DNA of 41,208 nucleotides from an uncultured Thiotrichales bacterium (GTDB lineage: Bacteria > Pseudomonadota > Gammaproteobacteria > GCA-2400775). The first letter of the stretch is position 1. Each line of letters opens with the position of its first letter. The stretch covers positions 1 through 41,208 of the forward strand of contig CAYUVE010000001.1 in the NCBI GenBank assembly GCA_964447985.1, written 5' to 3'. This document shows positions 17,877 through 28,501 of the stretch, one piece after another. Made by a program: the position numbers and the translations under genes. Below the pieces are notes generated by a model, which saw only the letters and a program-made list of their open reading frames with translations, did not search any database and was not told where the DNA came from.

Positions 17877-20800
17877 TTAAGCCATTGCTGTTTCTGCGCT
17901 TTGTTTGCCTTGATGGCGTTTTTCTCCAATGCGCAGCAAACTCGGCAAAAGAATAAGTGTAAACACCGTACTCACCGACATACCACCAACAATCACGCCA
18001 GCCAGTCCGCGATAAAGCTCGCTACCTGCGCCCGGTATTAGCAACAAGGGTAGCATCCCAAATATACTGGTTAAGGTTGTCATTAATATAGGTCTTAAAC
18101 GCAGGTGGACAGCATTATTGACCGCATCACGTCTTGACATACCCTCGCGCTCAGCAGAGCGAGTTTGGTGAACTAATAATATGGCGTTATTAATTACCAG
18201 GCCCAATAAGATGACAAAACCAATCATAGTAAGTAAATCCATAGACTGGTGAACATAAAGATTCATAATCGATAAAGCTGCCACACCCCCGACTGTAGCC
18301 AAAGGAATAACCAGCAATACCAAGAGACTATCTTTGAATGAGCGAAACAAAGCGCTCATTAACAAATAAAGTATTACGATAGCTAAAGCAAATGCCCCAA
18401 GCATGGAATTTAGAGCAGACTCTAATTTATTTGCGCTGCCGCTATAACTTATACTAGCGTCGAGCGGTAAGTCAGCCAGCGCAGCGGGTTCAAATTCTGT
18501 TTTAAGTTTATTCAGCGCGACTTCCAGAGAAACCTCTGCTGGCGGTCTAACTTGTAAAGTTACTGTACGACGACGATCCAAGCGACGTAGCTCATTAGGG
18601 CCAGCAGCACGTTGCATCGTCACCATTTCTCCTAAGGGTAATACGCCTGCATTCGGTGTCGCCAAGGGATAACTCATCAAGTCTTCCGGAACGTCCCAAG
18701 GCGTTGCACGCAGTATGATGTCTAAGGTTTCTTCACCATCAAAATAATCACCTACGATCAAACCATCGCCTAACATACGAACAACTGAGCCCATGGTTTC
18801 ACGATTCCACCCTGCTTCAGCAATACGCTGCTCTCTAGGCAATAACCTGAGTTCAGGATCATCTAAGGCTAAGCCTGGAAAAGGCCGTATTCGAGACCCT
18901 GGAATCAGCTGCGGGATATCAACAAATGCCTTACGAGCTGCGGCCATCACTTGTTCCAGATCACGCCCCTGGATGTTAACGTCGATACTATGATCTGTAC
19001 CCGTACCAGTAAATAAAGAGGCCTGCAATGCAACACCGATAGTGTCCGGTAAGTCACGCGCAACACCGTTTAACACAGGCAAGAGCTCTCGTGTTTTTTC
19101 TGGCTCCTGCGTTCGACCGCCGAGAAAGACACCATTTGCCGTCACGACAAAAAAATAGTTTTTCATGTGCGGCTCTGCTTCACCCGTTAAATGCGGTGCC
19201 AAGGTATCGACAATAGCTCCGCCCATTTCAAACTCTGCGACATCGATACTTTGCCCAGGCGGTGGATTAACGAACATTAATACGAGATTACGATTACCCG
19301 TCGGCAAATAGTCTGCATCAGGCTTTAATTCGTAAGCGATATAAAGCGGTGCGCTAAGCAAAAGAATTATCCAAAACCCTCGGCGCAATGCTCCGTTCGT
19401 TAGCCACATTACGGCATTAGACATACCATTCCACCAGTGATGGTGAGGGTCTTTCATTTGCCCTTTTTTTAACCATTTAACCGCAGCAGTCGGCAAAACG
19501 AGCAAGGCAATAATCAATGAAAATATGACGGCAATAGCGATGGTTAAGGCCAGATCAGCAAACAGTTGCCCAGCCTCTTCTTTGAGAAAAACGACGGGTA
19601 AAAAAATCGCCACTGTTGTAGCAGTTGAGGCCAATAAAGCTCCCCATACTTGGCTAGTGCCGCGTTGCGCAGCTGTGCTCGAGTCTGCGCCTTGTTCGCG
19701 CAAGCGGACAATATTTTCCAAGACAACGATAGCAGCATCAAGCACCATGCCGACAGCGAAAGCAATACCGGCGAGAGAAATAACATTAATTGTGCGACCC
19801 GTTGTATCAAGGATGACAAAGGTGGCAAATATTGATACTGGAATAGCTAAAGCAACAATTAAAGTTGCTCTAAAGCGGCGTAAAAACCACCATAAGACTC
19901 CAACAGCAAGCAGAATTCCTAAACCGAGATTACTACCGACCAACTCTAATGAACGATCGATATAAATGGTCTCATCATAGACCTGCTCAATCGATAGATT
20001 AGCGCGTTTCAAGGATCCTGCTGCCAAGTCGCTCATGGCTTCTTTAAGCCCTTGCATAACATTGATAACGTTAACACCCGTCTCGCGATAGGCATTAACA
20101 GCCATGGCTGGCTCGCCGTTTTGAATAACAAATCCTTCTCGATCAACCAGACCTAACTCTATATCGGCGACGTCTTTAAGTAATACTGGGCTACCTTGGC
20201 GCCAATCGACAATCAGGCTTTCAAAATCTTCAACCTCATAAGCACCATCAAAGCGCAGCGTATAACGACGCCTACCCACATCGGAGAATCCGCCTGAAAC
20301 ATCGTCAGCACCGGCCAAACTCAATATTTCTGGCAATTGCACATCTAGCGCGGCGGCACGATAGGGATCAAAGGTAATTCGTACTTCTCGCTCACGACCG
20401 CCACGCACCTGAGACAAGGCCACTCCGGGTACGCGCTCGAAACGGCTTTGCACAACCTCTTCTATATAATCGTGATAGCTGGCAATATCACGATCATTGC
20501 CGTTTATCGGCTTGATAATAAACCAGGCAATCGCCCGTCCATTACCGCCCCCCGTGGATATCACCGGTTCATCGGCATCTATTGGGTAGCTCGGGACACG
20601 GTTTAAGCGGTTTATCACTTCTAACAGACCGCGTTCTAGGTTCGTGCCTGGCTCGAAGGTTAAGGTTATGGTGCCACTACCGTTTCTAGCCCGAGCTAGC
20701 ATTTCGACAGCTCCTGGCACACCGCGCAAGGCTTCTTCTTGCGGCTCGATAATTTCAGATTCGACTTCTTGCGGCGCGGCTGAACGCCAGCTAGTCGTAA

Positions 20801-20939
20801 CACTAATCTCTGGTCGCTCAATTTCCGGCGTTAACTGGACGGGAAGTCGAGAAAGACTTATTGCTCCAAACAATAGGGCAAGCAATACCGCTACAGCGAC
20901 AGCAACGGGATTAGATAGAGCTAGTCGAAGCAAGTACAT
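17877..20939 (-). CDS. RND-family efflux transporter permease (AcrB-like)
   Basis: A 1020-aa protein with 12-TM topology, two large periplasmic loops and the typical N-terminus (NPVAVAVAVLLALLFGAISLSRLPVQLTPEIERPEISVTT). Confidence 0.92.
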   Translation of the reverse strand: MYLLRLALSNPVAVAVAVLLALLFGAISLSRLPVQLTPEIERPEISVTTSWRSAAPQEVESEIIEPQEEALRGVPGAVEMLARARNGSGTITLTFEPGTNLERGLLEVINRLNRVPSYPIDADEPVISTGGGNGRAIAWFIIKPINGNDRDIASYHDYIEEVVQSRFERVPGVALSQVRGGREREVRITFDPYRAAALDVQLPEILSLAGADDVSGGFSDVGRRRYTLRFDGAYEVEDFESLIVDWRQGSPVLLKDVADIELGLVDREGFVIQNGEPAMAVNAYRETGVNVINVMQGLKEAMSDLAAGSLKRANLSIEQVYDETIYIDRSLELVGSNLGLGILLAVGVLWWFLRRFRATLIVALAIPVSIFATFVILDTTGRTINVISLAGIAFAVGMVLDAAIVVLENIVRLREQGADSSTAAQRGTSQVWGALLASTATTVAIFLPVVFLKEEAGQLFADLALTIAIAVIFSLIIALLVLPTAAVKWLKKGQMKDPHHHWWNGMSNAVMWLTNGALRRGFWIILLLSAPLYIAYELKPDADYLPTGNRNLVLMFVNPPPGQSIDVAEFEMGGAIVDTLAPHLTGEAEPHMKNYFFVVTANGVFLGGRTQEPEKTRELLPVLNGVARDLPDTIGVALQASLFTGTGTDHSIDVNIQGRDLEQVMAAARKAFVDIPQLIPGSRIRPFPGLALDDPELRLLPREQRIAEAGWNRETMGSVVRMLGDGLIVGDYFDGEETLDIILRATPWDVPEDLMSYPLATPNAGVLPLGEMVTMQRAAGPNELRRLDRRRTVTLQVRPPAEVSLEVALNKLKTEFEPAALADLPLDASISYSGSANKLESALNSMLGAFALAIVILYLLMSALFRSFKDSLLVLLVIPLATVGGVAALSIMNLYVHQSMDLLTMIGFVILLGLVINNAILLVHQTRSAEREGMSRRDAVNNAVHLRLRPILMTTLTSIFGMLPLLLIPGAGSELYRGLAGVIVGGMSVSTVFTLILLPSLLRIGEKRHQGKQSAETAMA

Positions 20940-20944
20940 AATGA

Positions 20945-22000
20945 TCAGCTTTGACTAATAATTTTTACGGCCTGGCCAGGACGCAGCCGCTCTGCACCTC
21001 GAACAATGACTTTGTCACCCATTCCGATATCACCTTGTACTTCAATCCAATCGCCTTCGGCATCGCCGGGAATGACATCTATCGCTTCAGCAATACCCTC
21101 ACCATTGACACGAAAAACCTGAGTCGAGTTCGAACGCAGTACTAAGGCATCACGCGGCACCACCAACACCGGTCGTGCTTCGCCGACAGGTACGGCTACG
21201 CGTACGGACTGTCCTGGACGCCAGCTTGTATTGTCAAAACTTAAGCGTAAATCGGCTAAGCGAGAGGCTGTATCACCCACTGGCACGAGGGAACGATAAT
21301 TAGCTTGTGCTTCCTCACTTGCTGATTTAGCCCGCAATACCGACTCTTTGCTTATATATGGCATTGAACTTAGGGGAATACGTGCGCGAATCTCAAGATT
21401 ACGAATATCGATAAGCTCGACTATTGCTTCACCACTATCCGCCCACTCACCAGCTTCCATCAGACGCTGTGCTACTGTGCCTGAAAAAGGCGCCTTGATT
21501 TCGCTACGTTCAACTCTATCTTGCGCTTGTGCTAAACGAGAACGTGCAGCAGCCAAGGAGCCCTGAGTGGCATCTCGATCAGACTGGGTCTGCTCTAGTT
21601 GAGTTTTCGCTGCATGATTGGTCGCAGCAAGACGCTGCAAACGCTCGACTTCGCTACTGAGAAAATTAAGTCGAGCTTGCTCACTTTTTATCTGAGCCCG
21701 TAATTCCTCAAATTGAAGGCGGGTAACGCTGGCATCAATACGGGCTAAGGTATCGCCTTTTTTAACCACATCGCCCACTTCTACTACGTTCAACAATCTG
21801 CCCGTAACCTCAGCGGCAATATCGGCCTGATAGCGACTGAATACACTGCCAAATACCCAGCGAGTGGGTGCGATCACTTCTTGCTTGGCTTCAGCCACCA
21901 CAACCGGAGCAGGTGGCGGGCCATCCGCTGCCAACGACATAAAAGAAATCAACAACATGTGGATGCCAGCCAACATAAAGGCGAAATGAAGAGTTTTCAC
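20945..22000 (-). CDS. RND efflux periplasmic adaptor (membrane fusion protein)
   Basis: Signal peptide, a lipoyl/barrel-sandwich region, a coiled-coil hairpin (QFEELRAQIKSEQARLNFLSSEVERLQRL...) and a beta-barrel C-terminus. It lies 5 nt upstream of the RND permease. Confidence 0.9.
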   Translation of the reverse strand: MKTLHFAFMLAGIHMLLISFMSLAADGPPPAPVVVAEAKQEVIAPTRWVFGSVFSRYQADIAAEVTGRLLNVVEVGDVVKKGDTLARIDASVTRLQFEELRAQIKSEQARLNFLSSEVERLQRLAATNHAAKTQLEQTQSDRDATQGSLAAARSRLAQAQDRVERSEIKAPFSGTVAQRLMEAGEWADSGEAIVELIDIRNLEIRARIPLSSMPYISKESVLRAKSASEEAQANYRSLVPVGDTASRLADLRLSFDNTSWRPGQSVRVAVPVGEARPVLVVPRDALVLRSNSTQVFRVNGEGIAEAIDVIPGDAEGDWIEVQGDIGMGDKVIVRGAERLRPGQAVKIISQS

Positions 22001-22116
22001 GGTACTAATTTATCCACAATGTTTTCGATAGCTATATAATAGCGTATTGACTGCATGAACTTACTTTAGAGCTGTCATCAATCTATAAAAATCTGATCAC
22101 AAGGGAGAACAGCTAA

Positions 22117-23898
22117 TTGGCAGCGATTCGTCTGCGTATACCGAAACAAAACCCAGATTTTGTTGGTTCTGTTCCCGATACGCAAAAAAAGCTTACAAAA
22201 TGGCGTGAAGGACTGCCACTCGCTAATCAGCGCGAGGCGATCACCCAACTCAGCACCATGCTGGGTCGCATGAACCGTATTCCGGTCAAACCTGAAGTTC
22301 GCTATCAGCTGCTTATGCAGCTGCACCCCGTTGTGCGCGAATTAACCAGCGCTGATAAGAAACCTTACCTCAATACGCGCTTACCACTGTTACCCAAAAT
22401 CGCCGAGTCAGCCGAGCAGCAACGCAAACTACTTACCGCAATGGCTGACGGCTTTAAAATTATTTCAGTGGAGCAGTTGCGCGTGCCGGAAACGCTCGCG
22501 GGCTACAAAAAACTGACTGAGAACGCACTCTACAAGGCTATTCATTACCTCAGCCTGATAGTGCTTGATCATTATCTCATTTACGCCGAGCAACCTAATG
22601 CAATATGGGGTGAGCTTAACCAACTGTATGCTCTGGCAGAAGTTAAGAATCTACATACTAGCGAAATTAATGTCGCTGATGAACACGAGCCACCGAGCAT
22701 AACGGAAAGCTACCAGCGTATATTGTTACTGGCCTTAACCAATCCCTATCATCTGATGCAAGGCGAAGCATCCAAGTTATTTACGCGGCTAGCCGGCTGG
22801 GCTAGCTATGCGAAATTAATGAATGTTGCATACCAACCGGGTAAAACTGGCAAATTTGTAGTGGACTTAGCCACCGCCGCACCACCTCGCTACTCGTCTT
22901 TAGCATCGAGCCCTAACCCGCCTCAGGTAGCACGGGTTATTAACCTAAATAAGCTGCTCGATCATTTAGAGGACAGCATTTCACAATTTAGCCAAAATAA
23001 AGCCACTATTGCCGAACGTATTGAACAAGGTATGTACCGCCGAGTATCGCGCGCCTTAGGCGCGCGTTCTGAACGCCTATCTCCTCGCCATGCGACCGAT
23101 GTCAATGCTGAAGTGCTATTTGGATTACGTCATTGCCACCAACTCATGAGCCCGGATATTGATTTTCGACCTGAACAAAGTGAAGCCGCCATTCTAAAAG
23201 GTGAAGCACCTGATCAGCATAGCGACGACATGGTTCTGATGCCTTCACAAAATCAGAATTGGCAACTTGAGCAAAAACATGACTCTCCCAGCACCGCCAA
23301 CCTGACACAACAACGTACCTCTAACTTTGATACAGAAACTGATCAACGGGATATCTGGAAAAAAGTCTACTCGACCAGCGCCCAAGCGGAACACTATATT
23401 GATGAACACACACCGCACGATAATGCCCCTGAGTACACAATTTCTTTAGGTAAACAAGGTACTGAAAGCACTGGTGGCATCGACCTATCTTGCGAACCAG
23501 ACCTTGGGGTTTCCTTAAGAGTTGGCGACGTTGTTGGTTTTCGTACCCCCATACCTGGCGCCGGCGATATTTGGGAAGTCGGCAGCCTAACCTGGCTTCG
23601 TATTATTAATGACGGCACAATTTACGTCGGGATCAAACGTATCGCTGCCGACGCACTGCCTGTTGCTAGCCGCGGCTTAGTCGGCGTTGGCGAGGGGAGC
23701 GAGTATTTTCGCTCGCTTATCGTGCCTGGCTTGGATCCCGCCGAGCATCCCACGTCAATTATCACCCCGGCTGCTGTCTATGATGTGGATTCGAGAATCT
23801 TTATCAATACCGGTGAAAAAGTCTTACACGTGCGACTCACACAAATGGTAGACACGACGAATTCTTACTCGCATTTTCGCTTCGAACGCCTGCACTGA
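22117..23898 (+). CDS. Hypothetical 593-aa soluble protein; the C-terminal ~130 aa look like a small beta-barrel, possibly PilZ-like
   Basis: Long uninterrupted ORF. GGGAGA lies 8 nt upstream of the TTG start. No TM segment and no catalytic motif that I recognise. The C-terminus (LRVGDVVGFRTPIPGAGDIWEVGSLTWLRIINDGTIYVGIKRIA) is beta-rich. Confidence 0.6.
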   Translation: MAAIRLRIPKQNPDFVGSVPDTQKKLTKWREGLPLANQREAITQLSTMLGRMNRIPVKPEVRYQLLMQLHPVVRELTSADKKPYLNTRLPLLPKIAESAEQQRKLLTAMADGFKIISVEQLRVPETLAGYKKLTENALYKAIHYLSLIVLDHYLIYAEQPNAIWGELNQLYALAEVKNLHTSEINVADEHEPPSITESYQRILLLALTNPYHLMQGEASKLFTRLAGWASYAKLMNVAYQPGKTGKFVVDLATAAPPRYSSLASSPNPPQVARVINLNKLLDHLEDSISQFSQNKATIAERIEQGMYRRVSRALGARSERLSPRHATDVNAEVLFGLRHCHQLMSPDIDFRPEQSEAAILKGEAPDQHSDDMVLMPSQNQNWQLEQKHDSPSTANLTQQRTSNFDTETDQRDIWKKVYSTSAQAEHYIDEHTPHDNAPEYTISLGKQGTESTGGIDLSCEPDLGVSLRVGDVVGFRTPIPGAGDIWEVGSLTWLRIINDGTIYVGIKRIAADALPVASRGLVGVGEGSEYFRSLIVPGLDPAEHPTSIITPAAVYDVDSRIFINTGEKVLHVRLTQMVDTTNSYSHFRFERLH

Positions 23899-23975
23899 AC
23901 GCCAGCCGAAGTACTTAACTTTGCAGGAATAGTGCCGACATAGCTATTAACCCCGAGAATATTGAGGTAATAGTT

Positions 23976-24317
23976 ATGACAAGGGCACCTGAAATCAAAA
24001 AGGATGAAATGTATCGCCTTCTCCGCGAAGGTGATATGGAAGAATTCAACAAACGTAAAGCAGCCGGCGAAAAACCTGACCTGACACACTGCGATTTTCG
24101 TAATGTCGATCTACAAGGGATGGACGCCAAAGGCCTAGATTTCACCAATAGCTATTTTCGACAAGCCGACCTACGTGGCGTCGATTTCAGCGAAAGCGAT
24201 ATGCACGGTGCGAGCATCCATGGCGCAAAAATCAGTGGTGTATTTTTTCCACCAACCATTGATCCGTACGAAGTATTTATGTCGTATCAGTACGGTATTC
24301 GTCTACGCTACAAGTAG
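23976..24317 (+). CDS. Pentapeptide-repeat protein
   Basis: Tandem A(D/N)LXX-type repeats: CDFRNVDLQGMDAKGLDFTNSYFRQADLRGVDFSESDMHGASIHGAKISG. GAGG lies 8 nt before the ATG. Confidence 0.85.
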   Translation: MTRAPEIKKDEMYRLLREGDMEEFNKRKAAGEKPDLTHCDFRNVDLQGMDAKGLDFTNSYFRQADLRGVDFSESDMHGASIHGAKISGVFFPPTIDPYEVFMSYQYGIRLRYK

Positions 24318-24335
24318 ACACAAACCGATTAATTA

Positions 24336-25346
24336 TTACCCCTGACTGCCAGCCCTGACTGCTAACTTAGTCAACACCCGCTGGCAGACAAAATCACTTA
24401 ATGACTTCAGCTCTTCATACTCTTTTGTCACCTCAGCAATATAGTTTAAAGTTCTAGGAATATCGGCTAGGTAACCCCCTTTGCCATCTCGATGGTGAAG
24501 ACGGGCAAAAATTCCTGAGGCCTTCAGGTGTCGCTGCACACCCATTAGATCAAACCAACGCGGAAACTGTTTAAGCTGCTCGGTCGACAACAAACCACGT
24601 TCATGTGCCCCGCGACAATAGTGTTCTTGCCACTTAAGCACCTTCTCTCGCGGCCACATCACGTAACAATCTCGCAGCAATGAAACCAAGTCATAGCTGA
24701 TTGCTCCGATAACCGCATCCTGAAAATCAAGCACGCCAGGAGTTTGATTATCACAGACCATAAGATTACGTGAATGATAATCGCGATGAACAAACACTTG
24801 CGGTTGTGCCAAAGCATTGTCTGTGAGTAAATCAAATGTATTACTTAACATAGATTTTTCGGCATCAGTAATTTGCAACTGCAAATGCTCAACTAACAAC
24901 CAATCATGAAACAACATCATTTCTGACATCAATAATGTTTGATCATAAGCGGGTAGCAGCAAATCATTTTCATTTCCAGACTGCTGCATTTTCAACAGCG
25001 CATCAATCGCATCCGCATAGAGTGAATCAGCATTACCTTCATTCAAAACCTTGAGATAATCTTTCTCGCCTAAATCAGATAGCAACAAAAACCCTTTTTC
25101 TAAGTTTTGTTCGTAGACAAGAGGAACATTTAGACCAAAGCCACGCATCGACTTGGCTATCTCAACAAATGGACGGCTATCCTCTCGATCTGGCGGCGCA
25201 TCCATGACAATATAGCGCTTGCCTTCAGAAATAAGACGAAAATAGCGCCGAAAGCTGGCATCAGCTGAAGCAGGCACCAACCTAGAAAAGCTCTTTCCTA
25301 AGTCTTTGCGCAACCAATCGCTCATCGCTAAAAACCGTTTATCCAT
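24336..25346 (-). CDS. amgK: Aminoglycoside-phosphotransferase-fold kinase of the COG3178 type (AmgK-like anomeric MurNAc/GlcNAc kinase)
   Basis: DASFRRYFR near the N-terminus, catalytic loop HRDYHSRNLM and DFQDA. It neighbours lptD as in Pseudomonas. The preferred ATG at 25346 lies 8 nt after the stop of the upstream RND permease. The ORF track begins at 25397, which would overlap that gene. Confidence 0.7.
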   Translation of the reverse strand: MDKRFLAMSDWLRKDLGKSFSRLVPASADASFRRYFRLISEGKRYIVMDAPPDREDSRPFVEIAKSMRGFGLNVPLVYEQNLEKGFLLLSDLGEKDYLKVLNEGNADSLYADAIDALLKMQQSGNENDLLLPAYDQTLLMSEMMLFHDWLLVEHLQLQITDAEKSMLSNTFDLLTDNALAQPQVFVHRDYHSRNLMVCDNQTPGVLDFQDAVIGAISYDLVSLLRDCYVMWPREKVLKWQEHYCRGAHERGLLSTEQLKQFPRWFDLMGVQRHLKASGIFARLHHRDGKGGYLADIPRTLNYIAEVTKEYEELKSLSDFVCQRVLTKLAVRAGSQG

Positions 25347-25354
25347 CGCTTCTG

Positions 25355-28300
25355 CTAGGCCTGTGCTGGTGATACTTCGCGCCCGAAAAAACGCCAAACC
25401 GCATTACGCATATCATCAGCGATGAGATAAAAACATGGCAATACGAGCAGTATGAGTACCGTAGCGAACATTAACCCAAAACCTAAGCTCACTGCCATTG
25501 GCGATAATATCTTTGTTTGCCCCGTGGCAAAAAATATCAAAGGCGAGACACCCAAAAAGGTCGTAATACTGGTTAGCAATATCGGTCTAGTCCGTACTCG
25601 GCCTGCATCTATCATGGCAGCAATTCGTTCTATACCCTCATGACGGCGTTTTTTAGCAAAATCGATCAAGATCAAAGAGTCATTAACCACAATACCCGCT
25701 AAAGCAAGAAAACCAATCAATGACAAAAACTGCAATTGCAAGCCTAATGCAAAATGCCCTGCCACCACACCAATTAAACCAAAAGGAATTGCAACAATGA
25801 CCACAAAAGGATCCAATAGAGATTTAAATAAGGCGGCTAATATAAAAAAGATAATGATCAAAGCGATGACTAAAGCATCTAACATATCGGCGACAGATTG
25901 ATTAGCTTCTCGCTTCTCACCTAAATAAAACAATTCGAAATCGGGTAGCTCTGGGCGCGATGCGAATTCTTTATCTAGTAAGGTTGTAACATCTAAGGGT
26001 GTTGTGACATCAGTATCAACTTCTGCTGTTACCGTTGCCAAACGCCGCAGATCGCGACGATTAACTTGGTTAAAACCACGCCCGACTTGTATATCTGCCA
26101 CTTGACCTAAAAATACTGACTTACCACCTGGCAAGACAATACGTAGCGATGCGAGATCAGCCGCTTGCGTACGCCCCGACTCTGGATAGATACCCCGTAC
26201 CGGCATACGCTTATCACCGACGGTTACCTCCGTAACTTCCAGGCCTTGGAAACCACTACGCACCGCTTCGGCCAATTGCGCCTGTGTTAAACCTAATTGG
26301 CGGCCTCGTTCATTAAGACTATATTGATATTCCAGTTTTCCTGGTTCGAAATCTTGGTTTACGTCTTTAACCCCAGGCAATTGGCGCAAGTAATCACGCA
26401 AGGCCACACTAACATCCCTGAGGCCGTCAACCGTTTCGCTAGCAATACCCACCTCGATATCAGAACCTGCCGGCCCGGCTTGAGTACTAACAATAGAAAC
26501 GCGACGAATTCCTGGTTCGCTCTCCAAGCGCTCACGAATAGCGTTAGAAACTGCGCTCGTTGTCCGTTCTCGTGTGCCTTGGTCATCAAACTTAAGACTG
26601 ACTACAGGTGACACCCACGTCTCGATAAAACCTTCCGGCTTACGCTTGTTAAGGTCTACGATATACTGAATGTAGTTATTACCGAACTTAAACACTGAAA
26701 AATCAATGAAGCTGACACCAACGTTAGTCAGCATACTATTGAGCTCTTCCTCATCAACCACTTCTAAAATGGCTTTCTCGACGCGCTTTGCCAACTCTGT
26801 AGTATCTTCTAAGCTATACGTATTAGGCGCCTCAATATTGACAAAAAACTGGCCGGTATCTAATTTACCAAACATGATATAAGGCATACGTGTTGCGGCA
26901 AATATTCCGACAACGAGCAAAACACCGACCGTAGCGACGGCGACAAAATAACGATTAAACAAACACCAACGCAAGATCTTAACGTAGCGATCCAGCAATA
27001 GAGACCAATTATTACGCGCCCCTTCACGACGCTGTTTGACTCGCAAGAATTGTCTGGCGTGAGAAGGTAATACTGCAAAGGCCTCTAACAACGAACCAAT
27101 CAAGCATGCACTGACAACTATTGGAATGACTTGGATAAACTGACCCATAGTACCGCCTATCGCAAACATCGGTAGAAATGCCGCGACACTAGTGGTCGTT
27201 GCCGCAATAACCGGCCAAAACACTTCTCTCGCGCCAATTAACGCAGCCTCTCGTGGTGACTTACCCATCTCCATATGACGGTAGATATTTTCCGTAACGA
27301 TAATGGCATCATCAACGATCATTCCTAGGGCCAATAAAAAGGCAAACATCGATACCATGTTGATGCTTTGCCCCGAATAGTTCATTAGTATCACCGCAAA
27401 TAGAAATGAAACTGGGATACCTAAGGCAGTAATCAAAGCGACACGAAAATTTAAAAACAGATACAACGACAGTAACACTAGGATAAGACCGACCACCCCC
27501 GATGATTTGACCGTATTTAAACGTGTTTCAATGTAAACGGACAAATCACTAAATGCGGCTACACTGATATTGTTAGGCAACTCTTGTTGCAGAGTGTTGA
27601 CAAGCTCTTTTACGTCACGAGCTATATCTGTAGACGAACCATCGACGGTTTTGGTGACAGTAATGTTGACTGAAGGACGTCCATTAAAACGACCCAATGT
27701 ACTTTTCTCTTCCAGCCTTCTTTCTATCTTTGCCAGTTGGCCCAGCTCTAGATTACCGCCATTTTGATTAGCCTCAATAACCAAGGCCGCGACACTTTCC
27801 GGATCAGGGTTGACCCCTTTTCCGCGTAATAATATGTCTCCTTCTCTTGCCTCGATAGAACCGCCCGGCAAATCGCGCAGATTATCTCGTAAAGCTGCAA
27901 TAACTTGCGACAAAGAGACTTTCGAACTAGCAAGTTTTTCTGGGTCAACAATTACCCACAGTTCCCAGTCGCGATAACCACTGATATTCGCGCTTGAGAC
28001 ATCTTGAATAGTTAGCAAGCGGCGTTTTACTTCATCACTGAGCTCGATAAGGTAACTGCGACTCACATCACCGTATAAGGCAACACTTATTACCGGAAAA
28101 CGCGGCTTAAAACGCTGTAATTCTGGTTCCTCAGCTTCCTCGGGCAAGTCTGTAATACGATCGAGCACGGTGCGACTGTCACGCATAAATTCTTCAATAT
28201 CAGCATTAGGCTTAAGCTCAATTGTGATTTCTGAGCTGCCTTCGATACTGCTTGAACGAATAACATCGATATCTGCCAAGCCATCAAACTCTTCTTCAAT

Positions 28301-28498
28301 TGGCAATGTGATCTGGCGCTCGACTTCTTCGGGGGAGGCGCCTTCATAGATTGTGCGAATAGACACCTTATCGGTTTCGATTTCCGGAAACAGCTCTTCC
28401 GGCATCGCTTTCCAAGACATAAAGCCAATAATAATCACCAACACCAAAAATAAATTGGTAATCAGTGAATTATTAACTGCGAAGCGAACGAGAAACAT
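25355..28498 (-). CDS. RND-family efflux transporter permease (AcrB-like)
   Basis: A 1047-aa protein with 12-TM RND topology. The N-terminus is NSLITNLFLVLVIIIGFMSWKAMPEELFPEIETDKVSIRT. Confidence 0.92.
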   Translation of the reverse strand: MFLVRFAVNNSLITNLFLVLVIIIGFMSWKAMPEELFPEIETDKVSIRTIYEGASPEEVERQITLPIEEEFDGLADIDVIRSSSIEGSSEITIELKPNADIEEFMRDSRTVLDRITDLPEEAEEPELQRFKPRFPVISVALYGDVSRSYLIELSDEVKRRLLTIQDVSSANISGYRDWELWVIVDPEKLASSKVSLSQVIAALRDNLRDLPGGSIEAREGDILLRGKGVNPDPESVAALVIEANQNGGNLELGQLAKIERRLEEKSTLGRFNGRPSVNITVTKTVDGSSTDIARDVKELVNTLQQELPNNISVAAFSDLSVYIETRLNTVKSSGVVGLILVLLSLYLFLNFRVALITALGIPVSFLFAVILMNYSGQSINMVSMFAFLLALGMIVDDAIIVTENIYRHMEMGKSPREAALIGAREVFWPVIAATTTSVAAFLPMFAIGGTMGQFIQVIPIVVSACLIGSLLEAFAVLPSHARQFLRVKQRREGARNNWSLLLDRYVKILRWCLFNRYFVAVATVGVLLVVGIFAATRMPYIMFGKLDTGQFFVNIEAPNTYSLEDTTELAKRVEKAILEVVDEEELNSMLTNVGVSFIDFSVFKFGNNYIQYIVDLNKRKPEGFIETWVSPVVSLKFDDQGTRERTTSAVSNAIRERLESEPGIRRVSIVSTQAGPAGSDIEVGIASETVDGLRDVSVALRDYLRQLPGVKDVNQDFEPGKLEYQYSLNERGRQLGLTQAQLAEAVRSGFQGLEVTEVTVGDKRMPVRGIYPESGRTQAADLASLRIVLPGGKSVFLGQVADIQVGRGFNQVNRRDLRRLATVTAEVDTDVTTPLDVTTLLDKEFASRPELPDFELFYLGEKREANQSVADMLDALVIALIIIFFILAALFKSLLDPFVVIVAIPFGLIGVVAGHFALGLQLQFLSLIGFLALAGIVVNDSLILIDFAKKRRHEGIERIAAMIDAGRVRTRPILLTSITTFLGVSPLIFFATGQTKILSPMAVSLGFGLMFATVLILLVLPCFYLIADDMRNAVWRFFGREVSPAQA

Positions 28499-28501
28499 GG
28501 T

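Noticed and set aside
19525-19965. A 146-aa plus-strand ORF antisense to the first RND permease. Further short ORFs in both directions overlap the same gene.
   Set aside because: They are embedded in a confident 1020-aa RND gene. The composition is Ala/Lys/Thr/Arg-rich, and there is no start context or family resemblance.
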